A DNA stretch of 54,665 nt, the filler included, from Sphacelaria rigidula (taxonomy: Eukaryota): the NCBI GenBank assembly GCA_964200075.2. It is 5 parts of 5 records of this genome, joined end to end, with 100 filler letters (N's around TTAATTAATTAA, not from the genome) between each part and the next. Parts side by side here need not be neighbours in the genome. Positions count along the whole stretch, not along the records: positions 32,860 to 43,712 come from CAXNAA020005793.1; positions 43,813 to 54,665 come from CAXNAA020005794.1; 3 more parts are not named here. One strand, written 5' to 3'. The notes under the pieces were generated by a model. That model ran no database searches. It was not told where the DNA came from and was given only the letters and a program-made list of their open reading frames with translations. Each line of letters starts with the position of its first letter. The first letter of the stretch is position 1. Of the stretch, positions 37,100 through 49,725 are shown one piece after another. The position numbers and the translations under genes were made by a program.

Positions 37100-37162
37100 C
37101 TGACACATTTTTGGAGTCGGTGCCGGCCAATTGCTTGTCCTGTCGACCCCGGCAGCATAGGC
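37100..37162 (-). CDS. 63-nt juxtamembrane exon of the beta-propeller membrane protein
   Basis: Acceptor gttag|gc and donor cag|gtacgg, phase 1/1; CLCCRGRQDKQLAGTDSKNVS. Confidence 0.65.
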
Positions 37163-37601
37163 CTAACGTACGCAAGAAGGGAACGGCCCGGTCAGGACCA
37201 CCGACGGGGAGCACACTCTGAGACGGATACAATTGATGCACCATGACTGCACAGTCTTCCGCACGACAGCGTGCGGGTCAGTCTATGCGCCTAGTCGCCA
37301 CCGTCGCCGCTTAAATGTATGGGTCCTTTCGTCAAATAGGCGACATCCTGACATTAGTCAAGCATCACAAACCGATCTGCGCTGCCACTCGGCACATCTT
37401 GTGTTTAACGAACCTGTGATTAATATCACCACGACCTACGGGAAGCCGTTGGACATATTTAGCGGGAATGCCTCCGGGTGCATCAGTCGTGATCTAGACT
37501 AAGTGCATCAAGGCGTACGAGCGCCCGCATGGCGCCACCAACAACACAAAACACAAAGCAAAGCGAGGTATAGGATGCCCATGTTAGCCCGCAACACTCA
37601 C

Positions 37602-39098
37602 ATAGCCCTAAGAGAATCAAGAGGATCAAAAGAACTTCGCCACCAGCGATAAGAGCAACTGTTGTCGTGTTCAGTGTAAATGCTTCCGACGAAGGGCTGC
37701 TGTCCCAAGTAGGAGCCAGTGTAAACGAAACTGGAATGTCTCCACTTCTCGACGGAGGTGCAGTCGGTGAAATGTAAGCCGGGACTATATCAGGAGCAGG
37801 GGCATTACGAGTAGGGCTGGGTGTTGCTGGTAATGCTGGCACTGTCATATTGGACTCCGGCAGCGTCTCGAACTTGACCGCGAAAACATCTGAACCTCCC
37901 GCAGCCTGACTCCACTCTCCATTGGTGGTGCCCCCAAAGAGTAGGTGCCCTTGTTCGTCGAATCCGGCGAACTTAATCCCATCGCTACCGGCGGTGCCAT
38001 TCTGATACACCGATAGTTCGTCGCCAGTCTCACTGTCGAGCACAACAGCTATCATATCGTATGTTGATGTCAGCTCCAGCCACCCGGCGCCCACAATGTA
38101 CCCTGCAATAGAGTCAACCGCTACCGCATGGAAGACCGACCTCCCTGAAAAAGCTGTATCCCCCGAGTAGTTCCAGATCCCGGCACCGCTTCGGCCATCA
38201 AGTTTCAACACGATCGGATGCTCCGCGTTAGTTCCCTGCAAGTCCTCCGCACCCTCACTCCCAGCTACGTACACGTTTCCGTCGCCATCCACGTCCACGC
38301 TGCTAAGTGCGGCAGCTGTGGACGAGATTCGTGTGAATTCCCAAAGAACCTCCCCATCTACTCCACTAAGCTTCTTCACGGTAATGGTCGAGTCGTCATC
38401 TCCGGTATTACCGGCAATCACGAGGTCTCCCGTAAGGTCTACCTTTATACCTTTAGTAAGTTCTGAGAAAACCGTAGACCCTTCTCGCACAGTCCAGAGT
38501 ACGGCTGCAGTATCTCCGTCCAGCTTTCTCACGAACCAGTCAATATCGTTAACGGTACCGTCACCTGGAACCAAGTCGTTGGTCATCGTCCCAACAAGAA
38601 AAACGTTGTCGTTGGCATCTACGGCCACTCCCTCTATAAATGTAGAATCGTACCCAAATCTTCCCGTCGAGCTCTCAAGGTCATCAGCAGCATCCTGATA
38701 CCTCCAGATTTTGTCGCCGGTGGCCCCGTCGAGCTTCACCACAGTCATATTCCTCTGTTTGTTCGAGTTGACGCTGACCCAGTCTATTTCTGTATAACCA
38801 CCCAGTATCACATTGTCTTTGCTATCTACCGCCACCCCATTGATGATATCCAACGTTGAGAGTTCAGAGCTGTGGGTCCATGTCCATACCTCGACACCCA
38901 TCGAGCCAGATACCTTAACCGCTAGAACATTTGCCGCAGACGTGCTGTTCTCCAAACCAACCTTCGTCCGATTAACATACCCCGCCAAAATCAGGTTTCC
39001 AGCCGAATCCACGGCACCATCCTCGACAACTTCGTCTGAGGTTAGCCACCCCTGGTAACGCCACGTCTCCTGCAGTCGCGCCGTGGTGGCAGTCATAC
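37602..39098 (-). CDS. Large exon of a single-pass membrane protein with beta-propeller (SBBP/PQQ-like) repeats, Pro/Ser/Thr stalk and TM helix
   Basis: About seven repeats of VAVDxxxNVxxxG...VxKLDGxTGxxxW; stalk PALPATPSPTR...; TM VALIAGGEVLLILLILLGL; acceptor cgcag|gt at 39098 and donor |gtgagt at 37601. The signal-peptide exon was not located. Confidence 0.88.
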
Positions 39099-41923
39099 CT
39101 GCGATGCACCTGGTCTATGAACAATATCTAGAGCCGATACTCTGTGCGTTCAGTGAGATCGCAGACGGACGGGAGACGTGCGGGTTATGTGAATTCCGGG
39201 CGTTAGATGTGTCTACAACTATTGGACGAATTGTCAGGCAACAAGTCGGGGGTGATTTACTCGTAGGAAGTCGACCTGAGCTCCGAGAAGTCGGAATATG
39301 TTGCAAGGGTCGTGCATATGATATATCCAAGCGTTTACGGGATGCTGCAGTCTGGTGCAGGCCAACAGGGGCGCATACAATTCTGTTGGTTGAGGACGGC
39401 TTCACGTCGAGTACCTCCTGCAAAACGAAGCAAATATTCTGCAACACGGTCTGGAAGCGATGAGAATTATCTGGTTGTTACGTTACACTCAGGGACAAGA
39501 TCTAGGATTACTTTCATGCCTTTCTTCGCCCCCTTCATGTTCCCTTCCTTTCTGGGTTCTTCCGTTTTTATTATCGTGTTGGTGTTTCTTTCCGTGTATT
39601 TGCACAGCTTTTGTTTTTTTCGTGTAGCTTTCCCTTCAAACTTCGCTCTGCTCTTATGTTCAGGTTGCTCTGCTCAATGTTCTTTTTAACAGCCATTTTT
39701 CTCCTTCTCGAGTTCCTGTAGCGAGTGTGTTCGTCTCGTTTGCCTTGGATGCGTTGATCTTCTGCTTTTGGCCACGGCCGGATTCCTCGAGCATCAGTGA
39801 ACGCGCGATAATCAAATCAAACCGAAGAAAATAAACCACCTCAGCCTGCGAATTTGCGCACATCCATCCCGCTTATCAACGAAGCTGTGAAAATCAGCGA
39901 CAAACAACTTCACGTTGGATTCCCGTTTGAAAAGTGAAACAAAACTTAGGCTTCGACACCATCACGTCTGTCCACGACAAGGCTACGGTTTTGGGGATTG
40001 GGCGTGCGCTGCGAGTAATAGCCCCAGAGCGGTAGTCAACGAAAACCGACTGAAAGCGCGTCGTCGAGGCTGGACGTACTATGAAGAATATGCTTATCGT
40101 GACGGTAGTACCATCGTGTCACAGAACAGCAGAGAAGGATACACGAATCGAACCAATACCGACGCACTGGCTCGAAATATCAACACTTGTGCATTCCGAA
40201 TCGGGTCCGGGGTATTTCAGCCCATGTGATGGTACGATAGTCAACCGTAGACGTTTGGGTGGATAAGCCATTTCGGAGTACACGGCTGGTCTTTGGTACA
40301 CGTTATGCACAATCCATCATGCCCCTAGGTTGTGGACAAGTTGAACTGCGTTCGTGCAGCGTGAATCGGGGCTCCGAAATGGATGTCTTAAGGTGAACGC
40401 GACCGTATTGCGGCTACACAACGTTGATCCAGGCTGACAGCGGATGAGTTCAAAAGTCGATCCATTTCATGTACGCGTTGTTCAACTTCTTCATAACCTA
40501 CCATAGCATAAGGGCATAGTATAATACCGAAAATATGTACAAGCGCATCCGCCCTGTGTAGTATCATCATTTCATCATTGTACCCTCTCAGACACCAAGT
40601 GGCGCGAAAACGTTCATAGCCCGCTTTTTTACACTGCTTTCGCATCATGTAATATGTTCTGCACAAGTTAACGGAAAGAGACAGGGTTGCATTAGACTAC
40701 TGCAAGCATCTACAATACAAACTGAGCCCGTGGAAACAGTGCTTGCAAAATGTGCGCACGTAAGATTTCAGCTGGTGCTGTCGGTGGCCGCCTGAACCCT
40801 TCATGTTTCAGCCTTCAAGGCACTTCCACCTAACCCGTCGCCAAATTCCAAACATTTATACTTCGTATATCCATATTTCGTAGAACCATATCCGTAACAG
40901 TAACTCAACCCCCAATCCAAGGGATAGCGATATCCTTTGGGGAAGGGGAGCGCATAGGGTGTCCGAGGCGATTGTTGTGTAAATGATCATCTATGATATG
41001 TTATACGGTGCATTACGGGACACTGCACTACAGTATAGACGGGACTCGGAGACGATGCGACCGGCAGCCCGACGTATTTGCAACACGCTCGAGGTGTGCA
41101 AGCACTGCTTTGGTAGCGCCAACACTGCGAAAACATAGGTAGACAGCATGTTTGGACGAATCGTTGCAGCAGTAGGAAAGTAGCACGCTGCACCTCCTGC
41201 TAGGCACGAAATCACGAGATAGCTCGCCTGTGTGACACAAGACGCATTCATTACACATGATTTAGCTCAAAATCAGCCACGGGTTTTTCTATTCTTTTCC
41301 ACGAGAATGCAGGACACGAGCTCAACATGCGGTTGGCTGTTGATGTACATACTAGGCGTTTTTTAACTCGGGAAACCAATAACATGTCCAAAGTCAAATA
41401 GACTACAACCGATATACCAGACCATCTGGAGATGGAGAACAGTCGCAGTGAAAGGGTAAACCTCTTCTCGGGAAGCGGTACGAGCTGGGTCAGCTTAAAA
41501 ACGGATTGAAGCTCTCACAGCCAAATCTCCGACGCAAACGAATTGGACTGTGATCCGCACATCACATTTATCGTCTATCGAAGGGACATATGCCTATCTG
41601 CTCTACAGCCTGAGCATACTTTTTCTACTGATTAACGCCACGCCAAGTAGATCCTACGACGTACAGAGATAGGGTCCATACCAGAGTCCATACGAAACCC
41701 CGCATGATATGTGCGACGGATGATGATGAGTTTCGGTGAGAACATTCTCTGGCGCACGGATAAACGATGGAAAAACCCTTCCTTTACCCGATTCGTGTTC
41801 TATCTTCAGATACATATATGGAGGGAGTAATATTCAATATTAAACTCAATATGCTGCGAGCAGGAGCACTGAATGTCCTGATCTGGATTTCCGCCTCAAT
41901 TTTTAGAGTTATATTTTGAAATT

Positions 41924-41966
41924 GCTATGGAGTATCGCTATGGAGTATCGCTATGGAGTATCGCTA
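41924..41966 (+). repeat. Perfect 13-bp tandem repeat, 3.3 copies
   Basis: (gctatggagtatc)3 gcta. Confidence 0.95.
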
Positions 41967-42039
41967 GGCCATAAAAAAATGAGCTCCATGACTTTTCCTT
42001 TTCTTTTCATCAATGAAGGTCACGTCTTGTATGATAAAC

Positions 42040-42565
42040 AAGAAATCTTGTTGAAAACAGCTTTTTTGGTCCTCTTCGTCGTTTTAGATCCTGAAAGAGG
42101 GCTAGGGGGATGTCGACACCTTGGAATGGCTTAGTCTTCTCGGTAAGACCGCACCTTTGCCTTTTCTTTGCTTCAAGTATTTTGCTGACTTGACCGTTTG
42201 GTATTGAAAATGCAAGTTTGGCCAAACCCAAACTGGCCATCGGAAAACGCAAAGGATTTACTACCAGTTTTCTGTTATCTTGACCGTATGCTTTCGAAAA
42301 TGCAAGTTTGGCCAAACAAACTGCGGCCACGGGAAAACGCAAAGGTTTTATCACTAGCTTCTTGCCACCTTGACCGTATGTCATTGTTCTTCAAAATATA
42401 ATCTTGGCCGAAACAAAGTGCGGCCACCGTAAAACGCAAAGGTGACCTGGAACGGTACCAACGAGTAGAGCAAGTCATTCCAAGGTGTCATCCGCCTAGC
42501 CCTCTCTTGGGGCCTTAAACGGCGCAGAATAAGGGCCAAAAAGGCACCTTTCAACAACATTGTTT
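42040..42565. mobile_element. Non-autonomous TIR element with ~115-bp imperfect TIRs and three internal ~90-bp tandem repeats
   Basis: gagggctagg...gacaccttggaatg versus cattccaaggtgtc...cctagccctc; internal unit ttgaccgt...ttggcc.aa...ggcca...aaaacgcaaagg at about 42190, 42280 and 42370. Confidence 0.8.
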
Positions 42566-42658
42566 TTTGAGGATAGGATGTGCGGCCTTAACCGCCATTA
42601 CACGTCCCTAATTCGCGAAAGAAGCAATGTCTCGCGCTTTTTCATTCATGATTGTTAG

Positions 42659-43086
42659 ACCATCTTTTATAGCAACCGATATCCATTTGTACAAATATAT
42701 GAGGTTTTAAGCCCGTCTGAAGGCGATTTTCTCCCGTGGATTGATTTTTTCGGACCCCATTTCGCTGGACCATGTTTTTCGGCTAGCTGTGAGCAAACCA
42801 GATCAGTTCTCCGATTTTCTGAGTGTTGACTTTTGATACATACCCTTTCTGCTTTTCCTGAAAATTCGGTGGAGATGCGGGAGTGTCCTGATTGAGCAGA
42901 AAGGTGGTGAACCAAAAGTCAACGTCCAGAGAATCGGAGAATTGATCTGGTTTGCTCACAGCTACCCGATAAACATTGCCCAACGGACTGGGGTCCGAAA
43001 AATCCATTCACGGGAGAACATCGGCTGTAGACGAGCTGAAATCCTCATACTTGTACAAATCGAGATTGGTTACCATAAAAGATGGT
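42659..43086. mobile_element. Foldback/MITE: ~200-bp inverted arms with a short spacer
   Basis: accatcttttat...ataaaagatggt; tagctgtgagcaaaccagatca versus tgatctggtttgctcacagcta; gttgacttttg versus caaaagtcaac. Confidence 0.9.
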
Positions 43087-43712
43087 AGTATGCCCTTGCA
43101 ACCCCTCACACAAAATTTGAAAGCATGAGCATCAGAACTCTGCTGGATAATGATTTACAAAATACAGTTTCGAATCTCGACCTGCTCAGGCTGTGAATAC
43201 ATCTGGATTTAACAGCTGATCGTCCAAATTGAGGATGGAGCTTTTCATTGAGGACGATATCACGGGAAATGAAAACCTTCGCATCAGTACCAATTCTTTG
43301 GTATAACACCCTCTACGAGTATCTGACTGCTGTAGAAGCGAGACACGGGAAAATGCGAAATTAAAACGGAAGAGGTGTTATTGATTTGCTTGTTGCTTTA
43401 TCATCATACATCATTATTATTAGTCGTTGTCGCAAGAGATACAGTAGGCGTATGCAAGGGTCCATCGAAAAGTATTTCTGGACACGAAGGCCCCAAGATC
43501 GAGAATTCGAGTTTACAAGGGGGGGGGGCGGGGGCAGCCTGCTGTCCCGTAGTTTGTTGCCGAGGCGTTGGCGGGTGACTCGCACAGCTATCAGGGTACA
43601 TTACTTGGTTGGGCAGGAACTGTCAAAATGAAACTTACAAATAGAGGCACTATGAGTTTGGAAAACCGAGTTCCACTCCCTGAAGTCCGAATGGCCACCT
43701 GCGGCACCGGAT

Positions 43713-43812
43713 NNNNNNNNNNNNNNNNNNNNNNNNNNNNNNNNNNNNNNNNNNNNTTAATTAATTAANNNNNNNNNNNNNNNNNNNNNNNNNNNNNNNN
43801 NNNNNNNNNNNN
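43713..43812. other. Artificial 100-nt contig linker
   Basis: N44-TTAATTAATTAA-N44. Confidence 0.98.
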
Positions 43813-44734
43813 AGATATGCCACTTCAGCCGCATATTTTGTATGAACCCCAAAATATAAAATCGGCTGTTAATACGTGACGCCAATCGGCCGCTACTGTG
43901 TGATTGCTTGCAGGCGTGGAAAAGCGATGGATGTCGCGAATGCTACCGATTGCGTCGCAAGAAACGTAGACCTGCCTTTGAGTCTCGGCGGTACAATATT
44001 CGAAGGTACTTTTGTCGACGCATGGTGAAAAAACAAAACCTCGCCCTTGTAGAAAAATGGCGAGAGTGCCTGGGGCTGTTGACTCGACCCTCGCTTGGTA
44101 GCTACTGAAACCGCTTCTTCCTCTCCCTTTTTCTCCTGTATACTCCCGTAGCAGATCTGATGGCTGTGTTTTCCTCAACCCCGATCAACTCGGGAGACAG
44201 ATGTTTTGGTTATTTTCGAACAATTATAAAGATATTGATACTTCATATATCGTTTTTGATGGTGTCGCTGGTGTGGTTGCTACAGGTATACCTAGGCTTA
44301 TCCGTACTCCGTTGATGGCGACGGGTAACGTTTTTTCGGGAAACAATCAACTCTGAATCGTGATAATATATCCCAGCTCATGCCTTTTGAATGAGTTTCT
44401 CTATGGCTTTGCCTGTTTTTATTGGCGGGTTTGAGAATTGGTTTGTTTCCCTTCTGTTCCGGTGATACATCTCATTTGTTTGATTCGATGATATTTTCTT
44501 CTCCTTATTAGGAAGCGCAGAAATGCACTTTTTTTTCACAGCAAGCAGTGTAGTTGGCGGTGCGTAGTATATTAACCGCACGACAAAAACATAGCAGACT
44601 GTTTCCGCGTCGCTCCCGGCTGGCGGGTCGGCGGGGACACGGGCAGAAATACGTGACGATCATCGGCCGTCACTGTGAGCTTGCAGCCGTGGAACATGTG
44701 ATCGATGTGATGAACGGCACCGACTGCGCCACGG

Positions 44735-45160
44735 CAAACCTGGACCCGAGTTTGAGTCTGGGCAGAGCAGTTTCGATGTCTCGTTTCGTCACTGCTTGAC
44801 AAAAATAAAAACGACCACCAGTGTAGAAAATGTGCTGTAATACCGTAACGCTCACGGGAAAACGAAATCCCGAGCTAGGACTCGACCTCGGCCCTCGGTT
44901 TGAAGAAAACGTGTTCTATCTAAGCACCACGAGCGGCGAAAAAAATCGCTCAGTTCGAGTCTCGGCGGAGTACGTTTGAATTTTTAGTTTTTGTCGCGTG
45001 ACAAAACACAAAGACGACTCCCGGCGTAGAACAACTGTTTGAATACAGCATTACGAACGAAACAAGAATACCCGAGCCAGAACTCGAAGTCGACTAGAAG
45101 TCGACGCCCCGTGTGAAGAATACGTGTTCTACTTGGGCACCACGAGCGGGAAAAGAAGAG
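44735..45160 (+). repeat. Diverged ~205-bp tandem duplication, with a third partial copy at about 43960-44090
   Basis: gagtct(c/g)ggc...tgacaaaa...gtagaa...cccgagc.ag.actcga...tgaagaa.acgtgttcta.....gcaccacgagcgg recurs. Confidence 0.75.
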
Positions 45161-46244
45161 CCCCTGCGAGGGTTCAAACACTGAACGACTGGTCGAGTCA
45201 CAGATGCCGTCCGTTCAACTAGGTCACCCTCACTGCTCGGTAGGAGGTATAGTTTTGGCCTCATACACATATGAAGCTCCGGGCGCGGGGGGGGTGCCGG
45301 GCGGTAGTATAGTAATCACAATAAAAAACGGGCGGGTGCGGGGAGATGGTGTAGTCATTCCAATAAATAAAAGGTAATTAATGAAGATACCACGAACACA
45401 GGGCTTGCCGCCATTGTTCTTTGTATGTGTGCGTGCAGCCATCATTTATGAACTTCTGGGGAGTCGACATGTATGCCTTCGTATGTTCGGCACCGAACCA
45501 CAACTGCGTATTTGTCTTACTGTTCGTGACGCATAATATGACCTGCGGGTTACGTAATTTAATTAAATGCGATCAATTCAAATCACGATGCAGAGGATAC
45601 AACTGTACTACGGTCGTGGAGCCGCTGTCGTATGTCGCTGTGAGGTTAGTACCGTTAACCACGGTATCCAGCCACCACGGTAATTCACGGTAGTTTTTTA
45701 TGGTAATGTGCCACCCTGGTGGTAATTGGTACGCGAACCAGTCAACATAGTGATGATGTCATCTGTGTTTCTTATGTGTCTTTCTTTACCACGTGGCAGC
45801 TCATGGTCGTAACTCATTATGCCTGGACATCCGAACAACACGAAATCGTACGTGGACCTCATGCAGGAGGACGTGTTGTTCACAAATCTCAAATGAATAG
45901 AGGATCCTGAAAAATGAGGTGGCAACAAAGAATGAGTCTTTATGCCAAAACAGTGCTTTTCCTACACCAAGAGTACTTCCCGTAGAGGAGGGAAAACACT
46001 CTTTTGGGTTGAGACTCATTTTTTGTAAAACGTGTTTTCTCACGATTACCTCTCGAACGTAATGTTGATTAAGCGCAGGGGCGAGTTCATTTCGCTTTGC
46101 CGTACAGCAATAGGGAGCAGCATATTCGCGCGGTTACTTATTCGGACGGGAATTTGAGAATATGATTCGCTCAGTAACGATCTGGATGGGAACGGGAGAA
46201 TTTCATTGGCTCGGTAACGGTTCGGATGGCAAGGATTATTCCGA

Positions 46245-46770
46245 TTCATCATGGTGACCATTCAAAACGAAGACACATAAAAATTGAAGAGAAGATCGTG
46301 ATAAACGAGGCTGAACATTACAATGATCTTCGATTACAAAAAAACAGTGCTTCCCCAACCTACAAATGATGAAATTTGTATTTCATACGGGCGACCTCGT
46401 GCCCCCCGACCTCCTTGAAACTACTTTTGGGGCGTTTCTCGTCTCCCATTTTCCTGAAGGCTATGTGCAAAACCGAATTTTTGCTGCGATTTCTGATTGA
46501 TTGATGGGAAGCGTTCAGCCCGACAACAGTATTATTGCACAAACCCTTTGGGGGGACGGATGCGGGAAACCCCCGAAAATAGTTTCAGGGAGAATGGGGG
46601 GCTTTAGGTCGTCCATATGACAGACATTTGTCATCACTTTAGGTCAGGGAAAGCACTGTTTTGGAGTAAAACGTCATGTAAATGTTCATCCTCACTTTTC
46701 AGGATCATTTCTTGTATTGCGGATGAGTTTGTTTCTGAAGATGGGCGGTGAGAACCTCCATTATGAACAT
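46245..46770. repeat. Long imperfect inverted repeat (~225-bp arms) centred near 46500
   Basis: aaaacagtgcttcc...tgatga...cgacct...gcccccc...tgaaacta versus tagtttca...ggggggc...aggtcg...tcatca...ggaaagcactgtttt. Confidence 0.8.
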
Positions 46771-47928
46771 CTAAATGCATTTTTTTTCAAGTGAAGATGC
46801 ACTCTCCACCCGTGATTGGTAAAACCTTTCACCACAGCTCTCGCGCTCCATGTTCTCAACTGGAATTGAGAAACTACATGTTCGTGAGATTGGGATCGGA
46901 TTGTTTTTCGGGAAGGTGAGGGTTTTCGTGATTTACACCAAAGCGGTCGGGTCAGCCGAAACAGCCGTCACGCCTCTGGAAGACTGTTATCTGACAAGAA
47001 TTTTCAGGGAGTGATGAGGAGTATAATAGGCATCACGGTGGAACACCCCGAAGAAAGAGGCGAGAAGGCCAAGAAAGAGGGCCATGAGCAATCATTTTCC
47101 ATTAATCCCAATTCGTTGTCGCCGCCGCTACAGCAGCAGTGCGAGCTGGGCCAGCTTGAAAGCTGCCAGAAGTTGCTCACAAAAATAATCTCTTCTGCTC
47201 GTGCCACGACCCTGAGCCCATGGGGCCCATGAAGTAATTGCTCTCTAACCCCGCCATCACCGAAACGTGCGGGGTATGCGATGAGCAGCCCAGCCGCACA
47301 GCGTGAATCACTTCTTCTTGATCAACGTCGTCTACATCATTCTCACTTGTTCCACGATACTCGACACTTGTGCTAATTTTCTGGATATTCTCTGCTACTT
47401 CGTTTTTGCGGTATGTGAGTAAAAAGGTTAAGTGGGGTTGGTGTCGTGGGTGACGCCCGCAACTGCTGCCACTTTTCGTGTTCTTGACTACTGATGTTGA
47501 GGAGGACGGTGAATGTGGGGTGGAAAGTAGTGGGCGTGTGCTTGCCGAGTGCAACAGCTAAACGATACGAGCATACAACGATATATCAGTGCAGTCGCCG
47601 GAGCAACTACATTTCTGCGACACCGACCACTCGCAGGCTTGTAAATATGTACTGAAGTTAGAGTATATTTCATATGAGCGAGTTCGTTATTTGAAGATGA
47701 CGTCTGTATTTGTGATTGGTACGATTGGCGCGATCACGGGTCATTTTTTCTGCAGTGGATAGTGGTCGGTCCATTTTACCGATGTACAGTGCCCAAAATC
47801 GGGCCCCATTCACCCCCATAGCTGTGAAGCGCAGACCAATCTGGTAACACACGGCACCGCTGCTGAATGGGGAAAAAAAGTACTGCATTGTATGTGACCT
47901 CAACGACGGACGAAAATGAAGAGATAAT

Positions 47929-47990
47929 TTGTCGGGATTCGAACTCATGACCTCCATAATTGGAGTCTCTCATCACTTGAATGATAGGGG
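47929..47990 (-). mobile_element. tRNA-derived (SINE-like) head, degenerate
   Basis: Minus strand has a B-box gagttcgaatccc and a decayed A-box-like tcaagtgatgagag; no full cloverleaf. Confidence 0.3.
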
Positions 47991-49639
47991 TGGAGGAGCG
48001 TCACGCAAAATGTTGCACGCACGGCCCAATTCGACGACTGTTGAGCTGAAATTTCGGGAAGACCTTCTTCACCCAAGGAAATGATACATCACGTGAGCAG
48101 CTGCAGGTTCTCATACGTTTCCTGGTCTCATGGCATTATCTTGTTTTTGCTGAATTTTCGAATCCCCATAACTTCCGTTCTCATTTATTTTTTCTTCGCT
48201 GCTCACGTAATCTTCTGCATTGCGATAATAGAAAGTTACTTGTCAAAATTTCAGTGTCCAACACCTAATATCACGCCGTGCGTCGCCTGAGCGAGATGCA
48301 CGGCTACTCTTGGCTGGCCCAGCTCGTAGTGGGCTAGGGACTGCGGGAAGGGCCCCGTAGAAGAGTCGAAGAAAAGATGAATGTGTAAGGGCGTGTCGTG
48401 GGGTGTGATTCCTTTGTCCTATTGCTGGGTATCCTGAGCGATGTACACCCGGCTGCTTTGTCAACTCGTGTATGTTAACAGTATGATAGATGCAGCATCA
48501 ACCATTCGCTCTCGGGGTCGTCTGTTGTGGAGACTGGATGTATTTTGGCTGTATATTTCACATTTGAAACTTTGAAAAACGATTGTGGCCCGAAGACGGG
48601 GCATGTCGTCGGAATGAAGATACAGTAATGCGAAGGCTGTGGTCATTCGCATGAATATTAGAGCAAGTAAATATTGAAAAAAAAAACAAGTTTTTCGGTT
48701 TATTCTTATCCGGAGGTCATTGTCGACACCACAGCGCTTAGCAAATCGAGGAAGTGGGCTAAACCTATCTCCGTGAGGTGATGCATAATACCCAAGACAC
48801 GCTGTGGTGGCATTTCCTGTTCTGGAGCGAAACGCTGCATCGCATGCCCCAGAGCTGAAGAAACAAAGAGGACAACACACGACAATCCAATCCCCGAGCA
48901 GATATGGCCTCGTGCGATGAGTTTTGTTTTGTGTGTGGTGCGTGTCTCATGCATCTCTCCTTTTGATGCTGTGGTGCCTGTCTGTTGTTCTCTTTGACTG
49001 GTGTGAAATATGTTGCTTTTTCAGCCGAGTTGCTGTTCCCTTAGGCTCATGTTTCATTTCTCGGTCCCCCCACTTCTCGTCTCATGAGTCACGTAACTAA
49101 TCGCCACCTCAACCCCAAACCCCCAAAACACCGAAACCCATCATTATTGCAGGATGCCGTGATCTCCCCCTCCTCGCCGTTGTTTGTCGAAAACATCGGA
49201 GCTGGTTGTGCTCCGAGCGGTATATCCTCAACCGTGGCCATCTCCATGCACCCGTTGTTTGCTGGGAGGGGAAGGGGTTAACGCCTACGGCGCCCCCCAA
49301 CAAAAAGAGGCAAGGAGAGGTGATAACGGATCAAGACATCCCGCTTGGAGCACCAACAGCTCCGATTTTTTCGGTCACCGACAGCGAGCAGAGTTCCGAC
49401 GAGGAGGCTATGATTGTTTCATTCATTTTTGGCAACGGTTGACACGCACGGTTGGGGGGGGGGGGGGGGGCACTCTTTTTTCCCATTTTTTCCTCGCGGT
49501 GGCGTTTTGACCATTGCCCCCCCCTCCCCCTCGNNNNNNNNNNTTTTATTGCCCCTGCTCGGGGTGGGTGGTCCGCGGGGTGGTTTTTTTTTTTTTTGTT
49601 GTGTGTGGGTCTGGTGTCTCGTGGGGGGGGGGGGGGGGG

Positions 49640-49725
49640 GGGGGGGTACTCATTTGTCACATTTGTTGCTCGCTGTGGTCGTTTGACCATTGACCACGCA
49701 TGCCTCTCGAGGCGAAGCACCATTT
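49640..49725 (+). repeat. Copy of the dispersed GGGG(C)GTACTCATTTG terminus
   Basis: ggggtactcatttgtcacatttgttgctcgctgtggtcgtttgaccattgaccacgcatgcctctcgaggcgaagcacc. Confidence 0.75.

Noticed and set aside
27216..39098. One long minus-strand gene joining exons at 27-31 kb and 36-39 kb
   Set aside because: They are separated by an artificial linker, and the propeller gene has its own probable stop at 36229.
49153..49442. Possible plus-strand exon (..APIFSVTDSEQSSDEE..)
   Set aside because: An acceptor-like site is present, but there are no partner exons or recognisable domain.
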